DNA from: a virus
Taxonomy: Duplodnaviria; Caudoviricetes
IMG/VR virus record: IMGVR_UViG_2706795801_000001
Span: 32,001-96,000 of that record
DNA length: 64,000 bases
Strand: one strand, 5' to 3'
The notes under the pieces are model-generated. The model did no database searches. It was not told where the DNA came from and saw only the letters and a program-made list of their open reading frames with translations. The translations under genes and the position numbers were made by a program. Of this stretch, positions 40,967-50,172 are shown in pieces; within the stretch, counting starts at the first letter, position 1; each line of letters opens with the position of its first letter.

Positions 40967-41683
40967 ATGGAAGGTGTAGATTTAAGTATACCAGTAGGGG
41001 GAGTTGTACCTTGGTTAGGTCAAATGATGGGTTTGACTGTTGCTGACCTGCCCGATAACTTCGTAGTGGTAGATGGTAGTATTATTAATAGGGGTGGTCT
41101 TAATCTTGCAGGAGACCTAAGTCCGTTCGAGGGAGTAAGATTACCTGATACAAACGGCAGGAGTCTGGTTAGTACAACAAATAATACCTTGATAGGTACG
41201 GAGTTAGGTGCTGACTCAGTAATAGTACCTGTATCCAAAGCTAATATACCTTCTAGTTTTAAGGTTAAGATGTCGTCAACTGGGATTGATGTGATGTCTA
41301 AGAGTCATGTTAATAATCTCGCACTAAGCTCTGTTCAGATGACAGTAGAAGTCAAAGATCCCCATGCGATAGGTGACGGTAATAGTGGTATGAGTGTACC
41401 TCAAGCCAACAAGATAGATGACTATGCCGCAGATAAACTACCAGTAGGTGCGACTTATCACTCACCTCATGTTTATGAAGGGAACACTATATGGGCAAGT
41501 CATCAATATTCTCATGATCATCATGTTAATACAACTCACCTGCATAGATTCAGGGTGTATAATTACGTGCAGTCCAATATTACAGTGCGTAACTCTGTAG
41601 GTGCGGGTACTGGGATAACTGTAGATACAAGTCATGATAATTTCAATACTGCCGAGGTTATTTACATAATGAGGATATATTAA
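40967..41683 (+). CDS. Tail-collar domain short fibre protein 3
   Basis: IPVGGVVPW...RLPDTNGR; HDHH, HLH; ends YIMRIY. Confidence 0.75.
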   Translation: MEGVDLSIPVGGVVPWLGQMMGLTVADLPDNFVVVDGSIINRGGLNLAGDLSPFEGVRLPDTNGRSLVSTTNNTLIGTELGADSVIVPVSKANIPSSFKVKMSSTGIDVMSKSHVNNLALSSVQMTVEVKDPHAIGDGNSGMSVPQANKIDDYAADKLPVGATYHSPHVYEGNTIWASHQYSHDHHVNTTHLHRFRVYNYVQSNITVRNSVGAGTGITVDTSHDNFNTAEVIYIMRIY

Positions 41684-41892
41684 TAAAGTGATCTCACCTG
41701 CCCCGTCCGATGTATTTCGGCAGACGCAAATGGGTGGTACCTCACTATTACATCTAAGACACCATCAGTCGCATTATCTATATTAAAACATACTTGTGTT
41801 GGTGGTGATCTTCAGTGTTGTAACTCTACCTCAACAACCTCATCAGCTTGGGTTATATTATTTTATAGATCTCTTATCTAATTAATGTTATA

Positions 41893-42474
41893 ATGACCTA
41901 CAATAAATCAGGAGATATTATGTCAACTATACCAGACCTTTTCAATACAGCTATAATAGATAATCAGACAGGTCGTCAATTCTCTGCTAAGTCCCTTGCT
42001 GAAACAGGGGATTGGCAATTCTTACAATTAGGTCATTATACTACAGGATCACCGTGGGTTGTTAATGAAGGTGTTACGGATAAACTTACTTTCCAAGAGG
42101 TAGACATAACTTACTCGGCAGGTAATGGTTTAGAAATAAACTACGACTATACTGCTCAGTTATTTCTACCCCGTCAGTTGGGAGACCTATTCCTAACGGA
42201 AATTCGATTCAAGGCTAAATGCTCTGCACAGAATGGGTATGCTGATTTATTGGTAACTTCCCCATCATTCCTATACAACCCTGTGACAGGCTCTACCTTT
42301 AGTGTACCTAAGGGGGCGGGTGTTGAACAATTCATCACTGTTAATGGGAGTATTTTTGTAGGAGATGAGGTGAGAACTAATGGTTTTGAAGTTAAGATCC
42401 AAGCTGGCTCAGGAAACTTCAGCATATATGATGTATCTATCTTAAGTTGCCGCCTTGGTGGAGACAAGTCTTAG
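41893..42474 (+). CDS. Hypothetical (likely virion) protein
   Basis: Preceded by TGTTATAAT; AGGAG RBS at internal ATG 41920. Confidence 0.6.
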   Translation: MTYNKSGDIMSTIPDLFNTAIIDNQTGRQFSAKSLAETGDWQFLQLGHYTTGSPWVVNEGVTDKLTFQEVDITYSAGNGLEINYDYTAQLFLPRQLGDLFLTEIRFKAKCSAQNGYADLLVTSPSFLYNPVTGSTFSVPKGAGVEQFITVNGSIFVGDEVRTNGFEVKIQAGSGNFSIYDVSILSCRLGGDKS

Positions 42475-42523
42475 AATAAACCCGCTTCCAGAGATGGTTG
42501 CGGGTTTTGTTTTACTTAGCGCT

Positions 42524-42745
42524 TTATATTTCGTCGCACAACTTCTCCCACCAGTTTATTCCTTGATGTGTCAGTCTCCAATAAAAAGCATCATCTAGTG
42601 TGATATCCCAACACCAATCAGTACCTCTGTATCTTTCGTGAGTATTCTTCAACAAGTTCAATGCGACACCATCCTCTAACACTTTTGTTACATCTTTGAA
42701 TAGAACTGTCTCTTTAATTTCTGCATCTGTTAGTGTAAGTTTCAT
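42524..42745 (-). CDS. Hypothetical protein
   Basis: 73 aa, AGGAG RBS. Confidence 0.6.
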   Translation of the reverse strand: MKLTLTDAEIKETVLFKDVTKVLEDGVALNLLKNTHERYRGTDWCWDITLDDAFYWRLTHQGINWWEKLCDEI

Positions 42746-42746
42746 A

Positions 42747-43112
42747 TTAAACTTCTCCTGTCATATAATTAACCCAAGCCTCATCTGACTTAAAGTGCCG
42801 AACACAACTGGAATCTAATCTATTACGTGGCAATGTATATTGGTCATTAAAAGGTTGACCACTACTCTTAGCAATTAAGTAAGCCTCCCCTCTATCATAA
42901 TATAAACCACATTCATCAATAAAACCTTGCCCTAGATCTTCTAACTCTTTCACCATCTTAACTTCACAACCAAAGGCTTTGAATGCACTGACCACCTCCT
43001 GCATATTGCGACCTCCGTGGCAGTTATCTACCAAGGTTACTTCTCTGGTAATACCCTCTGGGTTTGTTACTCGGTATACATTTGCTGCAGCTACAATAAT
43101 TTTCTTATGCAT
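42747..43112 (-). CDS. Hypothetical phage protein
   Basis: 121 aa, IVAAAN...QGFIDECG...REAY-like motif. Confidence 0.65.
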   Translation of the reverse strand: MHKKIIVAAANVYRVTNPEGITREVTLVDNCHGGRNMQEVVSAFKAFGCEVKMVKELEDLGQGFIDECGLYYDRGEAYLIAKSSGQPFNDQYTLPRNRLDSSCVRHFKSDEAWVNYMTGEV

Positions 43113-43172
43113 GTTTTCTCTCCTGCATCTTGACGATGTTTGTTCAGTAACTCAAATAACTCGAATGAGTTA

Positions 43173-43925
43173 TTAACCTTGATCCTTCATATCACGTAAA
43201 CCTAGTCGCTCTGCGAATTCAATAAGATAGTATGTGGTAGGTAATTCTACCTTGATCTCAGGTATCCAGAAAATACTACTAGGACTGACTTGAGTTCCTA
43301 AGTGTCGCCCTTTGTCAGTCAGCGTCCAACCTGCTCTATTTCCACCTACAAATCTCATTGTTTGGTACCCTTCGTCCTCTAACCAAATATTGATAGCTTG
43401 AACCACCTTACTACTCCCATTACCCATCAATTTTGATAAAGATAATGGGGTACTTTTCTTGATAATCAAATCTTCTTTACCTTCCAATAAAGAAATGTAA
43501 CCTGACTCCAATTTAGTTAGTGTATCTTTCTGTGCTTGCATCACCTGCATCAACATATTTCGTAGTTCTTCATTACTATTAACTGCGACTTGAGTATCGA
43601 TAGCTTCCTGTCTCGCAGCCTTACCTTGGTCAGTGAATGCAGCGAGTAGTATGTGGTTTGCCGCATTCATACTGAAGCTATAAACCATTGGTTTCTTTCT
43701 ACTTTCAGAAGTGACATCAATGTCACTTGTAAAATCCACACCCTCTACAAAAGCGTGCTTTTCTATCTGACGTTTTAGGTATCGGGTGATATCCTTTTGT
43801 TCTTTTGCAGCATAGCCACAAACCTCTAGTAGTTGTTTACCCTCTACGGTCATTGTATTGAAGTCTACTACCCCCTCAGTAATTAGGTGGTGGCTTGCTT
43901 GTTCTAGTGTTGTAATTGTTGTCAT
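43173..43925 (-). CDS. Antirepressor-like DNA-binding protein (AntA-like N-terminus, KilA-C-like C-terminus)
   Basis: FVEGVDF...YSFSMNAANH...GKAAR; INIWLEDEGYQ...WTLTDKG. Confidence 0.65.
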   Translation of the reverse strand: MTTITTLEQASHHLITEGVVDFNTMTVEGKQLLEVCGYAAKEQKDITRYLKRQIEKHAFVEGVDFTSDIDVTSESRKKPMVYSFSMNAANHILLAAFTDQGKAARQEAIDTQVAVNSNEELRNMLMQVMQAQKDTLTKLESGYISLLEGKEDLIIKKSTPLSLSKLMGNGSSKVVQAINIWLEDEGYQTMRFVGGNRAGWTLTDKGRHLGTQVSPSSIFWIPEIKVELPTTYYLIEFAERLGLRDMKDQG

Positions 43926-43946
43926 ATTAATTCTCCTTATTTAAAA

Positions 43947-44717
43947 TTATTTTTTAAACTGCTGCGCTGCAATACTAAGACGTAACTGAAGCTCTCTGTT
44001 CTCACGCTGAAGACGTTCAATGTCACTTTCCTTAGCAGCATTCACCTTTACTCCGTTTCGCCCTGTATCGAAGTCTTGCTTCATTTTAGGGGTAGCATTG
44101 GCAAAGTTCTGGTGATGTTCTGTCGAATCCATCTCAATAAAAGACATACATTCCATAATCTGCTGTGCTATTAAGTTATTCTTACGTTCAGCTTGGTAAC
44201 GAATAGCTTTGAAATTAAACTTAGGTGCTCTTGGGTCATTCATAGTCACATAGAAGTTACCACAGAATTGAAACTTATTATTCACAGCTTCATGTTTGAT
44301 CTTCATTAAGATAGCCTTCTGAGCATCCGTGCAATTACCTAAATTATCATCGAACAGTGTCATACCAACAGAAACGTTAACACCTACATTATTACTTGTG
44401 TAACCAAAAGGGTTTGATTCATTACGTGATCCGTATACAGAACCCATAACACCTACCCCCGATTCACAACTAATACCTAAGATACTTTGTGTTTGAGTCA
44501 TCTGCACATTCTGGACAGAGACGTTACTTTGTGAGCCTGCCATTGTACTGGTATTGTTCATAGTTGGAGAGAATGCGTTATCAACCCCCTGCTGTTGATT
44601 AAAGTCCCCTCCAAAACCGCCATTTCCACAATTGTGACAATCCTCTGCCTGTGATGTAGTAGATATAAGGGCTGCTGTTATAATAGTGGCAATTTTTAAC
44701 TTAGTTGTTGTTTTCAT
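43947..44717 (-). CDS. Exported protein with signal peptide
   Basis: MKTTTKLKIATIITAALISTTSQA signal; N/Q/G-rich region; C-terminal coiled coil. Confidence 0.7.
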   Translation of the reverse strand: MKTTTKLKIATIITAALISTTSQAEDCHNCGNGGFGGDFNQQQGVDNAFSPTMNNTSTMAGSQSNVSVQNVQMTQTQSILGISCESGVGVMGSVYGSRNESNPFGYTSNNVGVNVSVGMTLFDDNLGNCTDAQKAILMKIKHEAVNNKFQFCGNFYVTMNDPRAPKFNFKAIRYQAERKNNLIAQQIMECMSFIEMDSTEHHQNFANATPKMKQDFDTGRNGVKVNAAKESDIERLQRENRELQLRLSIAAQQFKK

Positions 44718-44847
44718 AATTCCTCCTGTTTATTAAGTGTGTTTATTAGAACATACTCTTAACCGAGTGTAAACACTTTTCTTCAGATAAATAAAAATAA
44801 AAAGGCTAGCAACCGAAGTTACTAGCCTTTAATATCAATTCAAATTT

Positions 44848-45423
44848 TTATCGAATGAACGATGTGAATGTGTCGCTGTGTGAAGTAGAAGAGTTAGTAC
44901 CAGAGTAAGACTGGTTTACATTAGTTGTAACAACTTCACGACCCCAAGAACCACCATTCTCTGCACCACCATTTGTTGATGTCTCCCAAGTCTTAGTATT
45001 CTCTACAATAGAACCTGTGGTTGTTGAATCAACTGAACCTGAACTACGAGAATCTGTATGGCTTCGACTCTGACCTGCTAGTAGGTTATCAGTACCGATA
45101 GTTGAGTCACAGAAACTTGTGTTTGCACTTTCAACACCTACTTGCTTGGTTACAGTAGTCAGGTCTGTACGAACCACCTTACTGAATTGATCAGTTACTG
45201 TGTTATCAACTCCACAACCTGTACAGTTGTTCATACTACCAGTTTGTGTATCCTTACCCCAAGACTTATTAACACCCTTAACATGAGTGATAGACTCATT
45301 ATTGTAACTACCGTTGCTGCTTGAATTACCAGTTGTGTAAGTCTGTGATAGAGTTACTGCTGCTACTGGTGCTGCTACGATTGTTGCTAGGGTTAGTGCT
45401 ACTGCTGCGATTGTCTTATTCAT
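44848..45423 (-). CDS. Exported Ser/Thr/Asn-rich protein
   Basis: MNKTIAAVALTLATIVAAPVAA signal; low-complexity beta-rich body; own terminator 44801-44830. Confidence 0.7.
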   Translation of the reverse strand: MNKTIAAVALTLATIVAAPVAAVTLSQTYTTGNSSSNGSYNNESITHVKGVNKSWGKDTQTGSMNNCTGCGVDNTVTDQFSKVVRTDLTTVTKQVGVESANTSFCDSTIGTDNLLAGQSRSHTDSRSSGSVDSTTTGSIVENTKTWETSTNGGAENGGSWGREVVTTNVNQSYSGTNSSTSHSDTFTSFIR

Positions 45424-45591
45424 AATAAATATTCTCCTAAATATGCGTACCGAAATTGATACTGATTAAAGTTAGGTAATTTCCTAACCCCTTTAATGTA
45501 TTGTTACCTAGTTTAACACTGTTGTAAAGCTTTATTATTATTTATTTTATAAATTAACCTCCTTTTCCAATAAACATACACCTTTTTCTTA

Positions 45592-45876
45592 TTATCTCAC
45601 TATCCATGACTTAGTACGTTCATCACGAAGTACTTCTACATAAGCTAATGTAAAGGTTTCATTCTCAGGTACACTCTTATCTCTTTTAAGGTAACGATCC
45701 TCGAAGTAACTTATATCTACACCTGTTAAATAACACACCTCCAGACCTCGCCTAACAGCCTCTACAGGGTGAATATACTTCTCTGCTAATACTTCAATCA
45801 TACGCCACGGAAACTTGTCTACCTCGTCCTCACGAAGCACACGAATATCTTTTGCATCATAGGTAGTTACTGTCAT
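45592..45876 (-). CDS. Small protein with GyrB/ParE-like N-terminal motif
   Basis: TYDAKDIRVL; GAGG RBS. Confidence 0.6.
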   Translation of the reverse strand: MTVTTYDAKDIRVLREDEVDKFPWRMIEVLAEKYIHPVEAVRRGLEVCYLTGVDISYFEDRYLKRDKSVPENETFTLAYVEVLRDERTKSWIVR

Positions 45877-45986
45877 TTATATCAACCTCATTTATTGAGT
45901 AACCCCTTTAGTTACTACTAAGGTTTATGCTATACTTAATTATTATCAATGTCAAACAATTTTTAAATTATCTAATGGAGGTTTAT

Positions 45987-46505
45987 GTGGCTTTAGACGT
46001 TAGTGAAATTTCTGAAGAAATCAGATTCTTGCTCGGAGGACTCAGTATTACTATTATGCCTGATGTTACTTTGAATAAGATCGTTCAGCGTAATATAGAA
46101 AAGTATGGTGCTGCAGACGAGAATTTATGTATCGTTACATATAAATCTCTACTGGATACTTTACAGTACTTAATCAATGCTCAGGCAGCAGGTTCTGCAG
46201 GATCAGGTGGCGGTTCTGTCCTTAGCATAGAAGAAGAAATAGGTAAGAGGCGTATTAAGAAAACGTTCTCAGATGGTTCTAATGGTACAGAGACTGGGTG
46301 GGAAGGGCTTTATGCTAAGTACGTATCTGACCCATCACTCGTGTGTCAATCCTTGGTACCAGAAGGTGGTTCAGGTTCAGGTTTAGTTATTATTGGTGGT
46401 ACATCACAAACCCAATATGACAAGGTTAATAGTAATCCTGACACACGTAATGGTTGGTCTGCTACTAGACTTTGTTGGGTATCTAGTAGAAGGAGTAAAT
46501 TTTAA
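45987..46505 (+). CDS. Head-tail adaptor / head completion protein
   Basis: Track ORF 45927..46505; GTG 45987 with GGAGG RBS; EEIGKRRIKK, VIIGG. Confidence 0.65.
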   Translation: MALDVSEISEEIRFLLGGLSITIMPDVTLNKIVQRNIEKYGAADENLCIVTYKSLLDTLQYLINAQAAGSAGSGGGSVLSIEEEIGKRRIKKTFSDGSNGTETGWEGLYAKYVSDPSLVCQSLVPEGGSGSGLVIIGGTSQTQYDKVNSNPDTRNGWSATRLCWVSSRRSKF

Positions 46506-46813
46506 TGTCAGGTTTTCTCACTGAATCTTTTATAAAACCCGTAGCTGTGGGTGTAACCATAGCTTTATTAATCGGGGTACTTTCTTTATACAATGATGTA
46601 CAAGCTAACACACAATCTAGGGTTAATGCTGAAGTTAATGATAAGCTTCTTGTCGAGATGAGTAGAAGTTTAGTCAGGATGGAACAAGACCTTAAGTATC
46701 TTAGAATTGATGTAGATCAAGTAAAAGATAGTCAGAAAAATTTAACAAGTCAAATATTAGAGGATCGTAATAGAGAATTGCGTCCTTGGGAATATCAATC
46801 TAAAAAAGAGTAA
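46505..46813 (+). CDS. Single-TM coiled-coil protein (holin-like or virion)
   Basis: N-terminal hydrophobic helix followed by coiled coil. Confidence 0.5.
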   Translation: MSGFLTESFIKPVAVGVTIALLIGVLSLYNDVQANTQSRVNAEVNDKLLVEMSRSLVRMEQDLKYLRIDVDQVKDSQKNLTSQILEDRNRELRPWEYQSKKE

Positions 46814-46819
46814 TTTATT

Positions 46820-46999
46820 ATGCCATATATTTCAGCAGTTCAATGTAATACAACATTTGCAACTAACTCCAATTCATCTAAATCTACATCGGGCGGTGGT
46901 GAACCTCCCGCTAATTTAAATTGGTTCACATCATTGGGTATCATCAGGTGCAATTTTATTGTCCCTTGTGATGAAGAAGTTATCCCTTGTCTTGCATAA
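46820..46999 (+). CDS. Small Cys-containing protein upstream of tailspike 2
   Basis: Manual 59-aa ORF MPYISAVQCNTT...IVPCDEEVIPCLA. Confidence 0.5.
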   Translation: MPYISAVQCNTTFATNSNSSKSTSGGGEPPANLNWFTSLGIIRCNFIVPCDEEVIPCLA

Positions 47000-47042
47000 G
47001 TAATATTATGAAGAACAATAATAAAATTAATAAGGTAATAAA

Positions 47043-49007
47043 ATGTCTTTAACTAAAATGGAATGTGGTGTTAACTACACAACAGAAGCACTAAGAGAAA
47101 ATGTTAATGGGTTGATTGATTATGCAAGTGGTGTACATGTCGAAGACATGACAGCACTTAGGCTGTTAGAACCTACTGAGTTTATAACTAATATAAACTT
47201 AGTAGGACATACGATCAGTGGTGTTGGTGGTGGTAACTTTTATTATGACACCACAGATACAACTAGCCCAGATAATAATGGAACTGTAATTGTTACTTTG
47301 GAAGGAAAAAGGTGGAAGCGTAGCGGGTTGGATTTTAGCCTCATTCCTGCCACTTGGTTTGGGTTATTTGACGGGGCTACAGAATCGGTATGCTCTGCCG
47401 CCGTTCAGGGTATTGTAGATTGGGTTGAAGCTAACCCCCATTACAACTCAGACAATTCAAAGGAAGGGTGGTGTACCACCATACAGTTCCCTGCTGGACG
47501 ATTTCCCTTGTCTGAGGTTAGAATTAAAAAGTTTAACTTTATAATCGAGGGTGTTGGGTCGGGTACTTATCTTATTAACGAAAACGCTACAGGAAGAATG
47601 CTGCATGTAGAAGAGGGCACATCTAATACTCTTGGTGGATTCATTATGCGAGACTTACACATAAGGAATGTGGTACTTAGAGAGGATGGTGCTGGGGAAA
47701 TTGTATACTTAAATCTTCCTGTTCGCGGAGGAATGTTCGATGTAACATTCACAAGCTCCGCGATTAATGTAGGTGGACGATCTAAACTTGGTGGGGATAT
47801 GCTTAAAACTGTATCACCTTTTGAATTTTTATGTGAAGGGGTTACATTCTGGGGTTGCGGTATTGGATGGGATATCATAAGCGGTCCTCAATCCGACACC
47901 TTTGATTGTCAAGGTGTAGTTTTTAACGAATGCACTATAGGAATGATAGGTTTCCGAGGGGCTGGAGGCTCAGGCAACAACAACTTCAAGTTCTCTGGGA
48001 AGTTTATTGCTCAACAAGGAGGTACTTATGTGTCTGGGGGAAAAGATGCTTTTGCTATAACTTCTGTTGTGTCTACATCTGGTAATTTACTTACTGTTAC
48101 TGACGCTACCAATATACTAAGCGGCAGGGCTGTTGTGGTCGGTGATGATAACACGGCTGAAGTTGCAATCATAAAGTCAATTAACGTTAATGAACTTACT
48201 CTAGATAGACCCATAACTAAATCTGGAGGTACGAGGGTATTATCTGGCAAAATAGGTGTTATTGTTATAGAGATGAGAAACCCTTCATTTGAGGGGGTGC
48301 AAATAGAAGGTTGTGACATTGGCGCTCTGTTACTAAAAGGTAGTAGGAACGTCACTTTTGACGGTTATTCTATAATAGGTACAGCAAAAGGAGTGTACGC
48401 ATCCTCAGTCTTTAGGCGGCTAAATATGCTTAATGGTTCTGGTGGAACTTCAGGTACTATGCGCAACGGAGTTGCTTATAAAATATTGACACTAGACGAT
48501 AACATCGAGTCTGACGCAAACAAAATATACATGAATAATATAGCTGGAGAAGGTAGTGGTTATTTTGATGACAATTTAACCTCTCTTATTGATAACGTTG
48601 GTGGATTTTTCCCTTTTATACAGATAGATTCTAGGTTGACAGGGGATACCCATATGGGAGATAACTCAGCAAGCGCGATTGAGCTTACTAATAAATCATA
48701 TTTAACATTCAACCGTACAACCACAGGTAAATTCAGCAGGGTTAGATGGAGAACTGCAGATATTGATCAATGGTTCTTGAATCATACTGGCTCTGGTGGG
48801 GACTTAGGGTTTAGGAAAAGCGGACTATCTGTGGACTCTATGACCTTACTTCAGTCTAGCGGTGACATTAGGTGTGGCAGCGGGGTGTGGAGTGACCCAC
48901 TCTTCAGAGTTGGATCTGTTAGATTCTGGGTTGAAGGTGTTAACGTTAGAGCTAAAGCCAGTGCACCTTCATCAGCAATTGATGGTGTAATAGTGGTTAC
49001 TTTGTAG
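47043..49007 (+). CDS. Tailspike / beta-helix receptor-binding protein 2
   Basis: GGGNFYYD...DNNGTVIVT...RWKR, WFG, TIQFPAGRF, beta-helix repeats. Confidence 0.82.
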   Translation: MSLTKMECGVNYTTEALRENVNGLIDYASGVHVEDMTALRLLEPTEFITNINLVGHTISGVGGGNFYYDTTDTTSPDNNGTVIVTLEGKRWKRSGLDFSLIPATWFGLFDGATESVCSAAVQGIVDWVEANPHYNSDNSKEGWCTTIQFPAGRFPLSEVRIKKFNFIIEGVGSGTYLINENATGRMLHVEEGTSNTLGGFIMRDLHIRNVVLREDGAGEIVYLNLPVRGGMFDVTFTSSAINVGGRSKLGGDMLKTVSPFEFLCEGVTFWGCGIGWDIISGPQSDTFDCQGVVFNECTIGMIGFRGAGGSGNNNFKFSGKFIAQQGGTYVSGGKDAFAITSVVSTSGNLLTVTDATNILSGRAVVVGDDNTAEVAIIKSINVNELTLDRPITKSGGTRVLSGKIGVIVIEMRNPSFEGVQIEGCDIGALLLKGSRNVTFDGYSIIGTAKGVYASSVFRRLNMLNGSGGTSGTMRNGVAYKILTLDDNIESDANKIYMNNIAGEGSGYFDDNLTSLIDNVGGFFPFIQIDSRLTGDTHMGDNSASAIELTNKSYLTFNRTTTGKFSRVRWRTADIDQWFLNHTGSGGDLGFRKSGLSVDSMTLLQSSGDIRCGSGVWSDPLFRVGSVRFWVEGVNVRAKASAPSSAIDGVIVVTL

Positions 49008-49082
49008 TAAACATATCACTAGGTTTTTAACATACCTAGTTTTAATTTATATGCATAAGTTGTGACATACCACCATTAAACA

Positions 49083-49111
49083 AAAACCCCACAACGCTGT
49101 TGTGGGGTTTT
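49083..49111. terminator. Terminator after tailspike 2
   Basis: AAAACCCCACAAC-GCT-GTTGTGGGGTTTT. Confidence 0.85.
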
Positions 49112-49504
49112 CTCCTTCCTCATCCTAAATTACCTTCCAACTATATATCACGTTTGCTATACCATATATCGTGGCTTGTTCGTGTGCCGTGTGCTAGTGA
49201 CTGTTGTGCCAAATACACTACCGCGATAAATAATGAAGGTAACGCCCACATCATAGAATACAATAAAAACCCTGTACCGTAATATAATAAAGTATCTAAC
49301 ATGTAAACTCCCCTCTAGTTAATTAAATCAATTCTAAGCCACCAAACTAGCGATTTAAGCGACTTTCTATACTTAGATACAAAAGTGTTGCTATTCTACA
49401 CTCAAGTAGTCTTAAATCGAGTCTGACGAGTTCTTATATAAACAAAAACCCCTGCACCGTTATCTGAGTTAGATTGTGGCACAAGGGTTTTATTCTGTCA
49501 ATAG

Positions 49505-49942
49505 TTATTTATCAGTCTTCAAACTTTTCACCACTTCATCTTTAGCCGTATCAGCAATCATGTCAGCTAATTCTGGTACTTCTTCACTCCACTTATCCAA
49601 TTGGCGCATTGCGGCTTTGTATGCAGCATTACCAAGTTGTTGTGTTTTATCATCAACCACTACTTGTTGGATTAAGTATGCACCAGCCATTTTAATTGCT
49701 GTCTCACGAGTTGGGAGGATTGCACTGGTAATCAATATAATCACCGATAATACTGTAACCGTTTTATATGGTAATTTTTTAACATAGACTAAAACCTTAT
49801 CAGCACCTCCGTCAATGGAGCATATACCTCCAACTAAAATAACTAGCCCTGCAATCACACCTATAGTAGTAAACCAAGCTTTTGTAAAGTCACCACTGTA
49901 AGTTAAATTCTCTACTGCATACACTAACCACATTAATTCCAT
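49505..49942 (-). CDS. Membrane protein
   Basis: Two hydrophobic segments, AGGAG RBS. Confidence 0.7.
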   Translation of the reverse strand: MELMWLVYAVENLTYSGDFTKAWFTTIGVIAGLVILVGGICSIDGGADKVLVYVKKLPYKTVTVLSVIILITSAILPTRETAIKMAGAYLIQQVVVDDKTQQLGNAAYKAAMRQLDKWSEEVPELADMIADTAKDEVVKSLKTDK

Positions 49943-49970
49943 ATTATTTCTCCTAGTTGTATTTGTTAAA

Positions 49971-50171
49971 TTATAATCGTCTTACAGTTAGTGCTGACAT
50001 CCAAGCATCATAGTACACATCTTTTATTTCTTCTAGAAATTGGCTTTCACCTATCATTTCTATCTCACCTGTTTTAAATATTTTAAAATCCTCACCTTCC
50101 TCCAATTCAATATCATGATAGGCTTCAACCATACCTGCGAAACTTTTAAAACATTCTGTATCATACTTCAT
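49971..50171 (-). CDS. Small acidic protein
   Basis: MKYDTECF start with GAGGAGG RBS. Confidence 0.55.
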   Translation of the reverse strand: MKYDTECFKSFAGMVEAYHDIELEEGEDFKIFKTGEIEMIGESQFLEEIKDVYYDAWMSALTVRRL

Positions 50172-50172
50172 A

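Noticed and set aside
41684-41880. Minus-strand ORF fragment with an in-frame TGA, or plus-strand hairpin RNA
   Set aside because: No start or RBS and no recognisable motif; too weak to call
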